Part shown: piece after piece, positions 16,566-28,872 of the stretch | Layout of the letters: each line of letters begins with the position of its first letter | Position numbering within the stretch: the stretch's first letter is position 1 | Source of the DNA: Lepidodermella squamata | Taxonomy: Eukaryota > Animalia > Gastrotricha | Assembly: GCA_047495785.1 (NCBI GenBank) | Contig: JBLDXI010000021.1 | Location: 248,001-312,000, forward strand | Direction of reading: 5' to 3' | DNA: 64,000 nucleotides | The notes under the pieces: model-generated | The model's input: the letters and a program-made list of their open reading frames with translations, nothing else | The model's database searches: none | Told to the model about the DNA's origin: nothing | Position numbers and translations under genes: made by a program

Positions 16566-18796
16566 ACATCGCCGGTTATGAAACATGACTTCAACCATGT
16601 GACGCCAGGTTGAAGCTGGTAAAAAAACAATGTTGCCGCAATACAACGGTTGCGATGTAGCTAAAACAGAAACTCAAAATGGGGTATTCCTCGAACCTCA
16701 CAATTCACTGACAGCCCCCTCAGACTCAGCAGCCCCCAACACCGAAGCCCCTTACTGTTGGGAAAATAAAAGCATCAAGAAACGCCATAAAGGGCCTCAA
16801 GAAATCCAGTTATTATTGTTTAATTTGACTATGAAATAAAAATTCTGTAAAAAATTTTGAGACCTTGACCGATGTAGATGGTAAGATACCCGCGGCCAAA
16901 AAACGTCCTTGGTTCGACATTGCTAGACGTTTCGGTGGCTGTGACAAAAGTTGCCACAATTGCCAGCAGCCAGCAGCAGATGCCCGGTGGCTCCGGGATC
17001 TGCTCATTTATTTTTTAGAGGACTTTCTCTGTGTGATGCATTTGCCCTGGCTGCAAAAGCGTATCTAGCTTGCATCTTTATTCTGTGTGGTAACAACAAT
17101 CTTTTGATGGTTTATCTGCGATTGCTGTGTGTAAAAGTGTCCCAAAGGTCCTATATTCCATGCACATTTACTTAATCTAAGTGAATTTTTGTTTTTCCTT
17201 TTTCTCACTTTCTCCTTTTTGTGTAGGCTTAATTTGTGACTCGTGACTCGTGATGGATCCGCTTGATGATGAATCAGGTTCTGTTATGTATATCTGTGTC
17301 AGCTCAAATCAATGTTCTGCTTTGAATCAAGCTCCATAAATCGTACATATTGAATTCCATAGCATGGGTGGCGAGTAATTTAATGTTATGATTAAGGTTT
17401 TAAGTGTGTGTGTCGTCATAGGTCACAGGACTTCCGACCAATAATTCGTGGCGTTCTTGGTTTGTGACCGGCTATGCATGCTAACTTCGATGGAACTTCT
17501 TCGAAGCATTTCTCTCCAACCTGCAGCATTATATCAAATCATAGTTTAAATCCCAAACAACCTTTAAAATTGTGCGATTGTGAGTAGCACTGTACGTGGA
17601 AGTGTTTTTGGGCTAACACCTAACACCAATAAGTTCCGAGTTCTATAGTCTCTGTAAGAGTCAGCGTGTTATCGCGCTAATTACTTTATTTCAGCAATGC
17701 TAGCAGCTTTAACTACCAAAAAACGGGTAAACAGAATTCGCATGTATGTGATCAGGAAAAGACGTCACTTTTTAAAAAGGTTTGGATCGTTTTGGACGTT
17801 TTCCGCCAATCACGCGCACCGAGTGCAAGTTGAATTGAAATAAGGTTTCTGCACGCTGCATGCTTCGGCATCTCCACCGAATGGTGTTCTTGCTTAACGC
17901 CAGACGGTGCTTAGGTTTAGTAGTATTTGGTGATGAAGATCTGGGGCAGATCTTTATTTCATATGCATGTACATTACTGCTCGAATTGAATGTCATATTA
18001 TTTATTATTTTCAACTGCTCCGACCCAGCGACCACAGTTAAAATTCTGAATAAGAAACGTTCAGAAAAGAGGGTCTCATAAAATGATTCACTCAATGAAT
18101 CGCTCCTGCCCTGACATTATGAGGCTGACATCGGTTTCCGGCGGTAACCGGTAACTACTTTTTATAGGCAGAGATAGTTGACATCTTAATTAAAAATTCA
18201 AGGGATTAATGCAGTAGCTCTTAATTTCGTTGGTGATATCAGATTTTATCATAATTTTTATGCGATTCCTCATTTATTTATTGGCTTGAAAAAAATCGGT
18301 AATGTGTGCTATTTACTCCTCCCCTACTTTCCGGCCAACAATGTTCTGCTGAAACAGTAAGATAAGATATGGCTTCCTAAGAACATTCGGTGATCTTGAG
18401 GAGATTCAGATTCTTGAAGACAATTAGTGTTTTCACTGGTTGAGAGAATTGGCGAACTATGGAATTTATGTCGTTTTCATTGTCATATTACGATAATTAT
18501 TTTCCTTCTCAGTCGTAATTGAAATTCGTGGAAATTGATTTAGCTCTTTGGACCTTTCCTAGTGAATTTGTTTTTATTCTTTTTAAGTTTCTAAGTTTTT
18601 AACGGATTTACACATCCTGTGAATTGCTGCAATTTAGCCAGACTTGGAATCGAAACCCTTTTTGGAGGAAATAGATCTTCTATGGAACCACTGAATAATT
18701 TCGATATTCTTCTTTGTTATAGGAACACAATTAATCAATTTTTCAAATTTACGACAAAAAACCGCTCAACCATAAGTTATTCACTTCGGTGACGAT

Positions 18797-21700
18797 ATGT
18801 CGTACTACAACAACCAAGCTCAGCCAGCTGGCGGTTTCGGCAATGCCGGAATGGAGCAACTCATTCCTCTTGTCAATCGACTGCAAGATGCTTTTGCATC
18901 TCTCGGCCTTCCACTAAATTTGGACCTGCCACAAATCGCTGTTGTAGGTAGTCAGTCTGCTGGAAAGAGCAGTGTTCTGGAAAATGCTGTAGGAAGGTGA
19001 GAAGACAATATTTGCATTATTAACATGTGTCTCGGCGCTTATTATTCACGCCACGCCCTATGAATCATGCGATAGACTCGCCCTTTTGAGAAAGTAGCTA
19101 CCTGACTAAATGATAGCTATCATGATGGTGACGATGATGACAACTGGGAGGAACTAAATTAATGCTGATTATTTTCAAGTGCACTGGCGGGGTGTGTTGG
19201 TCAAACCGTACTACTGGGTTATGCGATCGCTTGTATTGGCGCCAACTGCACAATGCGCTTCGTTTGTTATTACTTTACTACTAAAGCTTCGTTCAAAAAT
19301 CGATCGAACTCCTTCGGCTACATTTTTTGCGAATGTGTGCTGAGGTCTCCCTGAGAGCTGACTGAAGCGTATGTGAGCGCCGGGAACGATAATGCATCTT
19401 TATCGAGGCCTTTTTTTGCCTCGCGCATACACATAATGACAAACATGCTTATTACGCACATGAATATTATATGTCGCGCGTATGGAAATTCTCCATTATT
19501 ATTATTAGCATGAGTGTGGCGCTAGCAGGAATTTCTTATAGCGGAGTTATAATAATATGCAATTTCGTGAAATGTTCCTGCTTTTTTGCGTAAGATATGT
19601 TCGACTCACACTTTGGCGGCCGAAGTGTGCATTCGATCAATGAGCGCGAGTTCGTTATGTTATTACTCGGCGGTATTTACATCTTAGCAGCGCGTTTTTC
19701 CGCAATCTCATGAATCGCTGAGAACCGCTCAATACTTGTCAAAATTAATGTTATGCCTCCGCCAAAATGACTTGGCGACACATGCTGTTTTTTCATTATT
19801 CTTAGCGACTTATACTTGGCAATAAGTCTAAAATCAACAATGGAGTAAAAATAAGGACATGAAAAATAACACGTACGTTTTTTAGGGACTTCTTGCCTCG
19901 CGGTAACGGCATCGTAACCCGAAGACCGCTGGTTCTACAACTGATCCAGTCTCCAACCGAATATGCCGAATTTTTACACTGCCGTGGTCGCATATTCACA
20001 AACTTCGAGCAGGACGTTCGGAAAGAAATCGAAGATGAAACTGACCGGTTGACAGGAACAAATAAAAACGTGTCATCTGTTCCAATCAACTTGCGTATCT
20101 ACTCGCCACATGGTGAGTTGAGGAAGGTGAAAAGAGGAAAAATGTACAAATTAATTTATTTTCAGTGTTAAACTTGACGCTGATCGATTTGCCTGGTTTG
20201 ACAAAAGTTCCAGTAGGAGACCAGCCAGCTGATATTGCCGATCAGATTAGGAACATGGTTATGGAATACATTACTCGGGAAAACTGCCTTATCTTAGCTG
20301 TCACGCCTGGTAATTCTGATTTAGCTAACTCCGATGCACTCAAAATCGCGAAAGAGGTAATTAAAACCAATAATCAATTTATTTATCTTTACGATGATTA
20401 CGATGATGTTAGGTGGACCCCCAAGGTCTCCGAACAGTTGGCGTGATAACCAAGTTGGATTTGATGGACGAAGGTACCGATGCCCGTGAAATCCTTGAGA
20501 ACAAAACACTGCCATTGCGCCGAGGTTACATCGGCGTCGTTAACCGGAGTCAAAAGGATATCGATCAAAAGAAAGACATCAGAGCGTCGCTCGAGGCTGA
20601 GCGAAAATACTTTTTAGGCCATCCTGCCTACCGTCACTTGGTCGACCGCATGGGAACGCCTTACCTCCAAAAAACTCTAAATCAACAGCTAACTGCCCAT
20701 ATTCGAGAGAGACTGCCAGCTCTACGAAATAAATTGCAAGCCCAACTGGCCGGTATGGAGAAGGAAGTCGCCGAGTTGCGAAACTACCGCGCCGATGACC
20801 CGACTCGCAAGACAAAGCAAATGATGTTTTTCCTTCAGCAATATGGCGTTGATTTTGAAAAGGCCATTTACGGCTCTGGATCGGAAGTCAGTGATACCGA
20901 ACTGAGCGGTGGTGCAAAAATCAATCGAATTTTCCACGAACGCTTTCCCTTTGAACTGGTCAAAATGGAGTGTGATGAAAAAGAAATGCGGCGTGAGATC
21001 AGCTACGCCATTCGCAACAGCCACGCAGTTCGAACTGGTCTCTTCACACCTGACCTTGCTTTTGAGGTGAGAAACATGTTACTTTAAATTTACATTTAAA
21101 TTGGGTTTGATTTGATGAAAAATATACATTGAACTGAACACTTAACCTTAAATTTTTTGTTGTTTTAGGCCGTTGTAAGGCGTCAAATTCACCGCATTCT
21201 AGAGCCTTCCCTCAAGTGCGTTGACATGGTCGTCGCAGAGCTCATGAATGTCATAAACAAATGTGCGTCAAAAATGGACAGTTATCCCCGGTTGCGCGAG
21301 GAATGCGAGCGAATCGCGTCTGAACACACCCGTGCCTGCGAAACCGTGTGCAAAAACCAGCTGCAACTTATGGTTGACCTTCAACTGTCTTACATTAACA
21401 CTAACCACGAAGATTTTATCGGATTCGGCGAGGCGGCTCAACGGGCGAATGACAATTCGAATAAGCGGAAAATGGGCAATCAGGTTGGTTTTCCTTTAAA
21501 GTTTCATGTCGGCTGAACTTGCTTATCGTGCCTCTGTAAATTACAGAATATTGTACGTGGCGGTTGTTTTAGTCTAATATTCCCAGTTCACACCGGGCGC
21601 TTTGCTTAGAACCCTCTTGATGATGACGAAAACAAGAAAATACGAATTTGCACGCCATTGTGAAAAGCGCAGCACATAACAGGAGTTGATTTTTTAACGG

Positions 21701-23580
21701 AATGGTTTCGCTATTTCAGTGCGCACTCTATCAAATGCAAGAGGGTTAGGTTTCCATTCTAATAGGGCACGGGAGTAGCGGCTCGCTGTATATTTAGAGA
21801 GCTGAGTTTTTATGCTTGGTAGGCAATACAGCGGAAGCCAATATATTGATTTTAATCCATCTAACATACGCACGTTTTTTACTTGACGTTCGAGGTAGTA
21901 TTCACTCGGCTGTGCTCTAACGGCTTATTTTGGATAAAAAGCAAATTTACTAACATGATGTCATGATTTCAATGAAAAACTGATGGTGTAAAATGATGAA
22001 ATTTGTTAACAGGTCATTCGCAAAGGCTGGCTAACTCTGCATAACATCGGTTTCTTGAAAGGCGGCTCCAAAGAGCTGTGGTTTGTCCTTACTGCAGAGT
22101 CGTTGTCATGGTTTTCGGACGATCAGGAGAAGGACAAGAAGTACATGTTGCCGCTCGAAGGGCTGAAACTGCGCGATGTCGAGGGCGGTATTTTCGGCCG
22201 CAAATACATTTTCGCGGTTTTCAACACCGACGGCAAGAACGTGTACAAGGAGTACAAGCAACTCGAGTTGTCTTGCTCGAATTCCGAGCAGATGGACGAA
22301 TGGAAGGCGTCGTTTCTCCGCGCCGGTGTCTACCCGGATCGCACACAGGAGGTCAACGAGTCGACGGAACGCGACGATGGCATTTCGATGGACCCTGTCC
22401 TGGAGCGGCAGGTCGAGACCATTCGCAACTTGGTCGATTCTTACATGCGCATTGTGCACAAAACTACTCGAGACATGGTGCCGAAGACTGTTATGCACAT
22501 GATTGTCGCCGATCTCAAAAACTTCTGTTCAGCTGACCTTTTGGCTCACGTCTACTCAGCCGATCAGGTGAATATTTTTGGAATAAATTATTAGGGCGAT
22601 GCTGATTCTGAAAGAATGAAAAATCGTGAAAAATAGTATTGAAAACTTCTTACTGCTCGTTTTTTGTCACATTTGCAAGAAAATGCAAGTAAGTATGACA
22701 GCCACTTTGAATTTAACAAGGAGTTGCTGATGCAAACATGTTTACGTTTGCCGTGTTTTCCTAAGATAATTTTAATCCTAACTGCATAGTCCCAATTTTG
22801 AGTTTGAATACTAAAAAGTTAACCGTTATTACTAATTTTTTGACGTGAATTAACGTGATTTCTACTTTTTGTTTAGCATGAATTGATGGAAGAGTCTCCA
22901 GAGGAGGCGCAGCGTCGTGAAGACTTGCTGAAGATGTACGCCGCCACGAGAGACGCCCTGAAAATCATCAGCGAGGTCAGCACCGGTGCAGTTACTGCGC
23001 CATCTGCCGGCGGCTATGATGACGGTTTCGACGCGATGATGCGAGCTCCTAGTCCAGCACCTGGTCGCCCGGGTATGCCTCCGCCGCAATCGGCCGGTAA
23101 TCGCGCTCCGCCTCGTATGCCTCCTGGAATGCCGCCGCAAATGCCGGCGGCGGTTCCGGGCCGACCGGCTCCAGTGCTGCCTTCCCGCCCAACGCCGACC
23201 GTGCCTGACCGCCCGGGTGGCATGCCTCCTAACCAGCCAGCACCGGTCCCTAAGTAAGTCCGCCTTTCGATGCCCTATTTTTGTGAAATTTTAATCAAAC
23301 ATTGATGTGAAATAAGTCCAAGAGGACCGCAGCGTCCCCCGGTTCCTTCCTCCTGGAAGTAAGGCTGGAGCTGGTTAAATGGGTCCGTTACCCTTGGTGC
23401 AGGTGATTGGGAAAGCTTGGCGTTGAATTTGCCCTTTTTAATTAGCGAGCGAAAATTAGGTCGCTTGATATGCTTGCCCAATAAACATTCGTTTATCATT
23501 TCTGAACTAATTGTGTTTTTCTTTCTCATTTATTTAGCCGGGCGCCTCCTGTACCTCGTGTTCCTGAGCGACCCAAGTAA
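18797..23580 (+). CDS. DNM: Classical dynamin (GTPase, middle, PH, GED, proline-rich domains)
   Basis: Exons 18797-18996, 19886-20112, 20166-20356, 20413-21066, 21169-21483, 22013-22567, 22877-23253, (23317-23358), 23538-23580. [36 protein letters not shown]...[30 protein letters not shown], PxxP tail. Last exons less certain. Confidence 0.96.
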
Positions 23581-25334
23581 CCGCAATTACCATAGAAAAC
23601 TATCTTCGTCATAAAAAATGAAATATATATTGCAATTATGAAATTATCTTCTTATTTATTACTGTCAATAACTAAAACATTCTTATTTGGAAACGCATGC
23701 GTATCCGATTTTTCGTCGGCAACAGCATTGTGTACTGGCGTTTATATCTTTCTGTGTTATTCTAGCTGTCAAAGTGATTTTAGGCTAATAAGTAGTTATG
23801 ATCGACTTATTAATGTGAAAACAGTAATAACCATGGTGTTCAAATTTTTATTTTGGCCGATGGATTTTTCGTCATTCATTTCACAAACTATTGTTGAAGC
23901 ATGTTGTGAAAAAACGCGACTTCACATGCCTATTACTTCGTTATCTGGTCACCATTCTTTATATCATGTTACATTCGACGCTTTTGGCTTGTCTTGGATA
24001 TTCGGACGTCGTGTTATTACTCATAATTCTCAATATCTAGCTTCTCTGTATTTTCGGAAAACACCGGAAGTATCAAAGTTGTGGCAATTGTCAAGTCTGT
24101 TGATTGCTTATCGTAATGATTAATTCAAATAAACTCCTGCTATCTCGTGCTTAGTTTGTGATCGATTTCGCCGCCTAATTCTTGGTGATGGAGCATCGAA
24201 ATTCCAGAAGAATACTTAAAATGACAATATTTATTTTCGAGCTTCAAATTATGCGCGTTATTGCCGCAGGCTCCTCTTTGCTGGTTTAGGATCATAATGG
24301 TTGTTATATTACGAACGTTTTGTTTCGTGTACGAGAACTTTCACCCGATGAAGATTTCCTCTCCAGCATGACTACCGCCAACCCTTTACGTGTTTTCCTG
24401 ATGTTACTGAGTGTTCTGAATCTTATGATTGGGCTTCTATATTGCTATCGACGGTAGCTAATGTGAGATTTTCTACGCTCCAACCCAAGTTGTTACAAAG
24501 CGCAGATACACTTGCTATCGTAAAATGATGAATGACTTTTTTATTTTAGAATTGAAAAATGGCACTTGACGTCCTATTCTGAAGATGATTTGATGTTTTA
24601 TTGTCTGTAACTAGAATTTTCTCGCAATCATACTTCATAATGCACGACTATGAATGATTGAGCGTATCACCTGTGATGTGCCCGGTAGCTTCAATCGATT
24701 ATAATTTTATAAAAAAAAATGATCAAGTGACGGACGGCTTTGTTATCGTTTGCGATAATAATATTACCAGCCGTGAAAAAGGCGAATGTTAAATTGAATA
24801 CTTACATTGAAACATTCTATCCGTAAATTATAAAAGGATTGTGCGAAAATTACCTTTACTTATTATTATTATAGCTATTATTCTACAGATACTATTCTTA
24901 TTACAATGAAACACGTGCATTTCCGAAACTGTCTGCGATGATTTAATCTTCATATATGGAAACCGTTACGCGTTGTTTTGCGATGATACGTCTCCTTATT
25001 CTTTGGTTTTCATTTTCTTTGTCAAATGTGAAAATAAAGTCAGCTTTCGCTAGTGACGAAAAACAGGCTTTTGCTGGAATTCCATAAGATCAGAAATTGG
25101 AAGTCCAAAAAGCGACTATAAGTTTGCTAATAAGTCAGTCTGATAAATCGGGATTATCCAGTAAGTTTAGAGAATTGACATGTTCGCAGAAGAGACCCCA
25201 TATAAATAAGTTACAACACGCTTTCATTCGCTAAAGCGAGCAATGGCAGAATATCGGAATATAACAGTCCTAATTGGTGTCAATGCCGCCATGGCTTAAC
25301 AATCCATGCCTTGCATGCCACATATGAATGCGCA

Positions 25335-26170
25335 TTGACGCTATTGAAGGCATTTGACGTACCCATCGATATTCTTCTTCAAAAGCTACTAGAAATTAAC
25401 ATTTGTGGTAGGCTTCAGTCATAGATTAAGGATTTTCTGACGAATCGTAAATTCCGAGTCGCAGCAATAAATACTCGGAGTGAGCTGATGTTCCGTCTGG
25501 GGTCCTCCAGGGATCCGTCTTGGTTCCTATATTATTCTTGATTTTACACTCTTAATTTGAATGACGTCATCGCCAACTGTATATCTAAATAGTTAGCCGA
25601 TGGCACATAATTGTACCGTGTGATTCGAGATTCGATTGATGTCGGATTGTGAGCTACTCCAGCAAGACCTTTGTTCAGTTGTCGCGTGGTTTAAATCTCA
25701 TGGACTCTCTATAAACGCCGCCAAATGTGTTGTTCTCCGAATCGGAAAATTCGCTGACAAATTTGATTACGTAATTGATGGTGTCAAGCTTGACTACAAA
25801 TCAAAGGTGAAAGTGTTGATTGACTCGCACCTGAGTTTCGGACCGCATTCTGATAATATGGCGAAGAAATGTAGCAAACTTGTTGTTGCAATATGCAAGA
25901 CGTTTCACGCTAAAGAGCTGAGAATTAAAGCACTAAATTGTTATCTGCTACCTCGTGTTGATTACTGATCGCCCATTTTTACACCTGTGCGGCAAGGTGA
26001 TATAGTGATACTGTGGAGCAAGTGCTGCGCCGCTTCACGAAAAAAAGTGTGCTTCCTAAATACCTACATCATGCTTACATCGAAGGTGCTGAATACTCTG
26101 AGCGTCTGAAAACCTTAGGTATGATAACGTTTGAAATTAGACGCTTCCAGAGGGATATTGTCCATGCGTG
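25335..26170 (+). mobile_element. Decayed LINE (CR1/L2-like) reverse transcriptase, 5'-truncated
   Basis: KAFDVPIDILLQKL...*IKDFLTNRKFRV, SGVLQGSVLVPILF, degenerate *LADGT, LQQDL...W...GLSINAAKCVVLRIG, LLPRVDY, EQVLRRFTK, YSERLKTLG; several stops and frameshifts. Confidence 0.88.
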
Positions 26171-27350
26171 ATCACCTGTCCAGAACCTACATCCACCCTC
26201 AAGTTATGTACAACTTCTGTCGATGTCTAAGTAGCTGTTAAAGCAAATGCGGATGCATGATTGGTCTCTATAACGGTAAAAACGAGAAAGGCCGAGTCGA
26301 ACGCGTGACTGACGATCTTGAGGAAGCTTAAGGAATTCTTCAAAGCGAACTTCTCTGAGGCAATAACCGATTGAACTTGAGTTGGAGATCCGGCGGAAGT
26401 TGGACTTGAATCTTTTAAACTCAGCATATCGCTAGCTCAGTGGCAGGTTCATTTGACTGAAGCTGAATCCTGAAAAGAGTTAACCTATGCCTATGCATGC
26501 ATTATTTTGATATTTTGATTTTGCTCGTGTTTTGATATAAGTTTTAACTCTCATTAGCTCTCATTAGTGATTAGTCTGCGTAGTTTGCTAATGAATGGAA
26601 TGTCTAAAAATTCAATAAAGTTGCTTGCGAATCAGGTTTTTTCTGTCTTAGCACTTTTGCTTTGATTGTTGAATAACACGAGTTCTGACTTGGAATCATG
26701 GCCCCTAACAATTAGAGATGGTTCAAAGCATGGTTTGCAAAGGAGAATTTATTAGAAGCTGCATGTTCCAGCATCTTTATTTTCGATTTAAAAAGGAATT
26801 TTAGGTCAATTGGAACTTTAAAATGGCCTGTAGCAGACTATTCTTGTTCTCACATTGTCCTCAATATGCCACAGGCACGTCTTCGAAGTTCTTCAGATCT
26901 ACAAATGGATTGTTGAGGATGTATGTTGCAGAACTTTTCTTGAATCGATTCTGGAACTTGAATTAATGCATCAATATCGCCTTGTTAACGCGAGCTATAC
27001 ATGGAACAAGTAACGTAATTTATGATCACGGAATAACTTTCGATGCTGGATTTTCGCATCGGAATCTGAACGCAAGAAAATCAATAGATCTATTCGTGTC
27101 GAATGTTGACAAAATATTGGAATGAGTCGGTCACCCATAGAGCATGAGGAAACGTCATTTCCTCAGGCATGATTTTGGCATTTCGCGATGATGATTCGCG
27201 AATCCTGCCTCGGTCTCTCCGACCTTGCTGACCTTTAGAAGTGAAGACGAAGTCTACGAAACTTACGGCCGCCAGCTCGACGATTAACCGAGTTTTAAGC
27301 TGTAGCGTCGCCAAATTCAGAACAGTTGTCGCCTCGAAGACTGATTCTAT

Positions 27351-27810
27351 TTCGGGATCCAGCTTCAGCGCTAGCCTGAGTTTTTAAATTTTGATAATCA
27401 TCCGGTAGGTTGGGAAAATAACCAGCAAAGCATCCTTTGAAGTTAATCTTTCGAAATAGAACTCAGCCCCCAGTCAACTGCCAAATGTTTACGTCAACTG
27501 GCTTCAACAATCGAGCTGAACGTAATTTTGGGAATAATTGAACCAGCGGGAATTTCGGCTAGTCACTACCATGTCGCTACGCACATTCGCTCGAACGTGC
27601 CACGGTTCGAGCTTAACAAAACTTGGCGAATGTGCGTAAAACTGCATTTTGAGCAACTTCCTCGGCACGCCGAGAACAATCCTCTCCTCCGAGTAGTACT
27701 TGTCAACGTGAAGGACTTCTCGCCATCATCTATTGGCTGAAAAATTAAAACTCCAGCTGGTATCTTTTTGAGATTATTTCCGACTTTTGTCATTGCGCCA
27801 TGATTCGATG
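27351..27810. repeat. Degenerate direct repeat, copy A
   Basis: Shares ordered anchors with 28411-28872: agcgctagcctg, ccaaatg, aaccagcgggaa, ttttgagc..cctcggcac..cgagaacaat..tcctccgagtag, cattgcgccatg. Confidence 0.8.
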
Positions 27811-27818
27811 CCAAACTT

Positions 27819-28088
27819 CGTATCGGAACTCGTTTGCGTCACCGCACTGAGTCGCAGTTGCCTACGAGACTACCTCCGCGTCAAGGTTCGGGAATATTAA
27901 CCCGATTCACTTTCGACCGAAATCAGGCATAAGAATTTTTTAAGAAATCAAGCCTGCTTTCAGAACGGCATTCGCCTATCGCTTAGGACCTACTGACCCA
28001 TCTTCAAATGCCCTTCACGTGGAACCCTTCTCCTTTTCAAAGCTCTCGTTTGAATATTTGCTACTGCCACCAAGAACTGTACCCGTGG
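27819..28088 (-). pseudogene. Degenerate 28S rRNA fragment spanning expansion segment D7a
   Basis: Minus strand reads TCTTGGTGGcAGTAGCAAATATTCAAACGAGAgCTTTGAA..GGAGAAGGGTTCCAcGTGAA...ATGGGTCAGTaGGTCCTAAG...CGAAAGtGAATCGGGTTAATATTCCCGAACC...GCGGTgACGCAAACGA. These are conserved eukaryotic LSU blocks with substitutions and a short deletion. Confidence 0.9.
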
Positions 28089-28410
28089 AACCTCTCGCCA
28101 AAAGCTTTAACACCATTTCAAGGTTCAGTGCGCAACGAGCGGCGAACTTACAGATTTTATTTCACTCAAAGGCTTAACTTTTAGCCACAACTATTTATCA
28201 ATGAAACCGCTTAGGTTGTGGTTTGTAGTAGTGGTTTTCCACTCTTTTTTTTAATAATTTCACGATGATCACACGTTTATATCTCTTGATTTAGGTAGTC
28301 GAACTTATTTTTTACCTCAAATTGTGACGATCGAATGTCTCGCTTACTTTCGCAGCTCACGTCTCCACCCAGCTTCAAACAGCTGCCGGCTCAAAGAATA
28401 ATTCGATTTC

Positions 28411-28872
28411 CTCGGGATTCTGACTGAGCGCTAGCCTGGCTTTTGACGATGATCTGGGGTTGCTGGCAACGAAAATGCGTCGGCCAGTCAGCGATCGGAG
28501 TCAATCATTCGGAAAGGAACCCTAGCCAACTACCAAATGCTCAAGCCATGTTCAAGCACGTACTTTGCGCCATTTATTAATCGGTTCGAGGCTGAACATC
28601 AATTGGACGAAGCTAAACCAGCGGGAACCCTGGCTCGAGATTATGGCTCACGGCCGAACTTGCAACGGTTTAACGAAATATTAGGTAGCGAATGTTAGGG
28701 GCATCATACGAAAAATTGACTGTTTTGAGCTACTACCTCGGCACATCGAGAACAATTCTTTCCTCCGAGTAGAGACTTACAACGAGAAGGATATACCCAA
28801 CATCCTCTGTTCACTCGAAAGTGACTCTTCGCGATTCTTTTCGGCTTTTAGCATTGCGCCATGGCATTCGAA
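28411..28872. repeat. Degenerate direct repeat, copy B
   Basis: Same ordered anchors as 27351-27810, offset by about 1.06 kb. Confidence 0.8.

Noticed and set aside
23638-24123. 161-aa ORF after dynamin, and ORF 43667-44164
   Set aside because: AT-rich 3' UTR-like composition with no domain signal.
27819-28088. Functional rDNA unit or R2 insertion site
   Set aside because: Only ~270 nt with mutations in conserved positions; the R2 target lies elsewhere in 28S.
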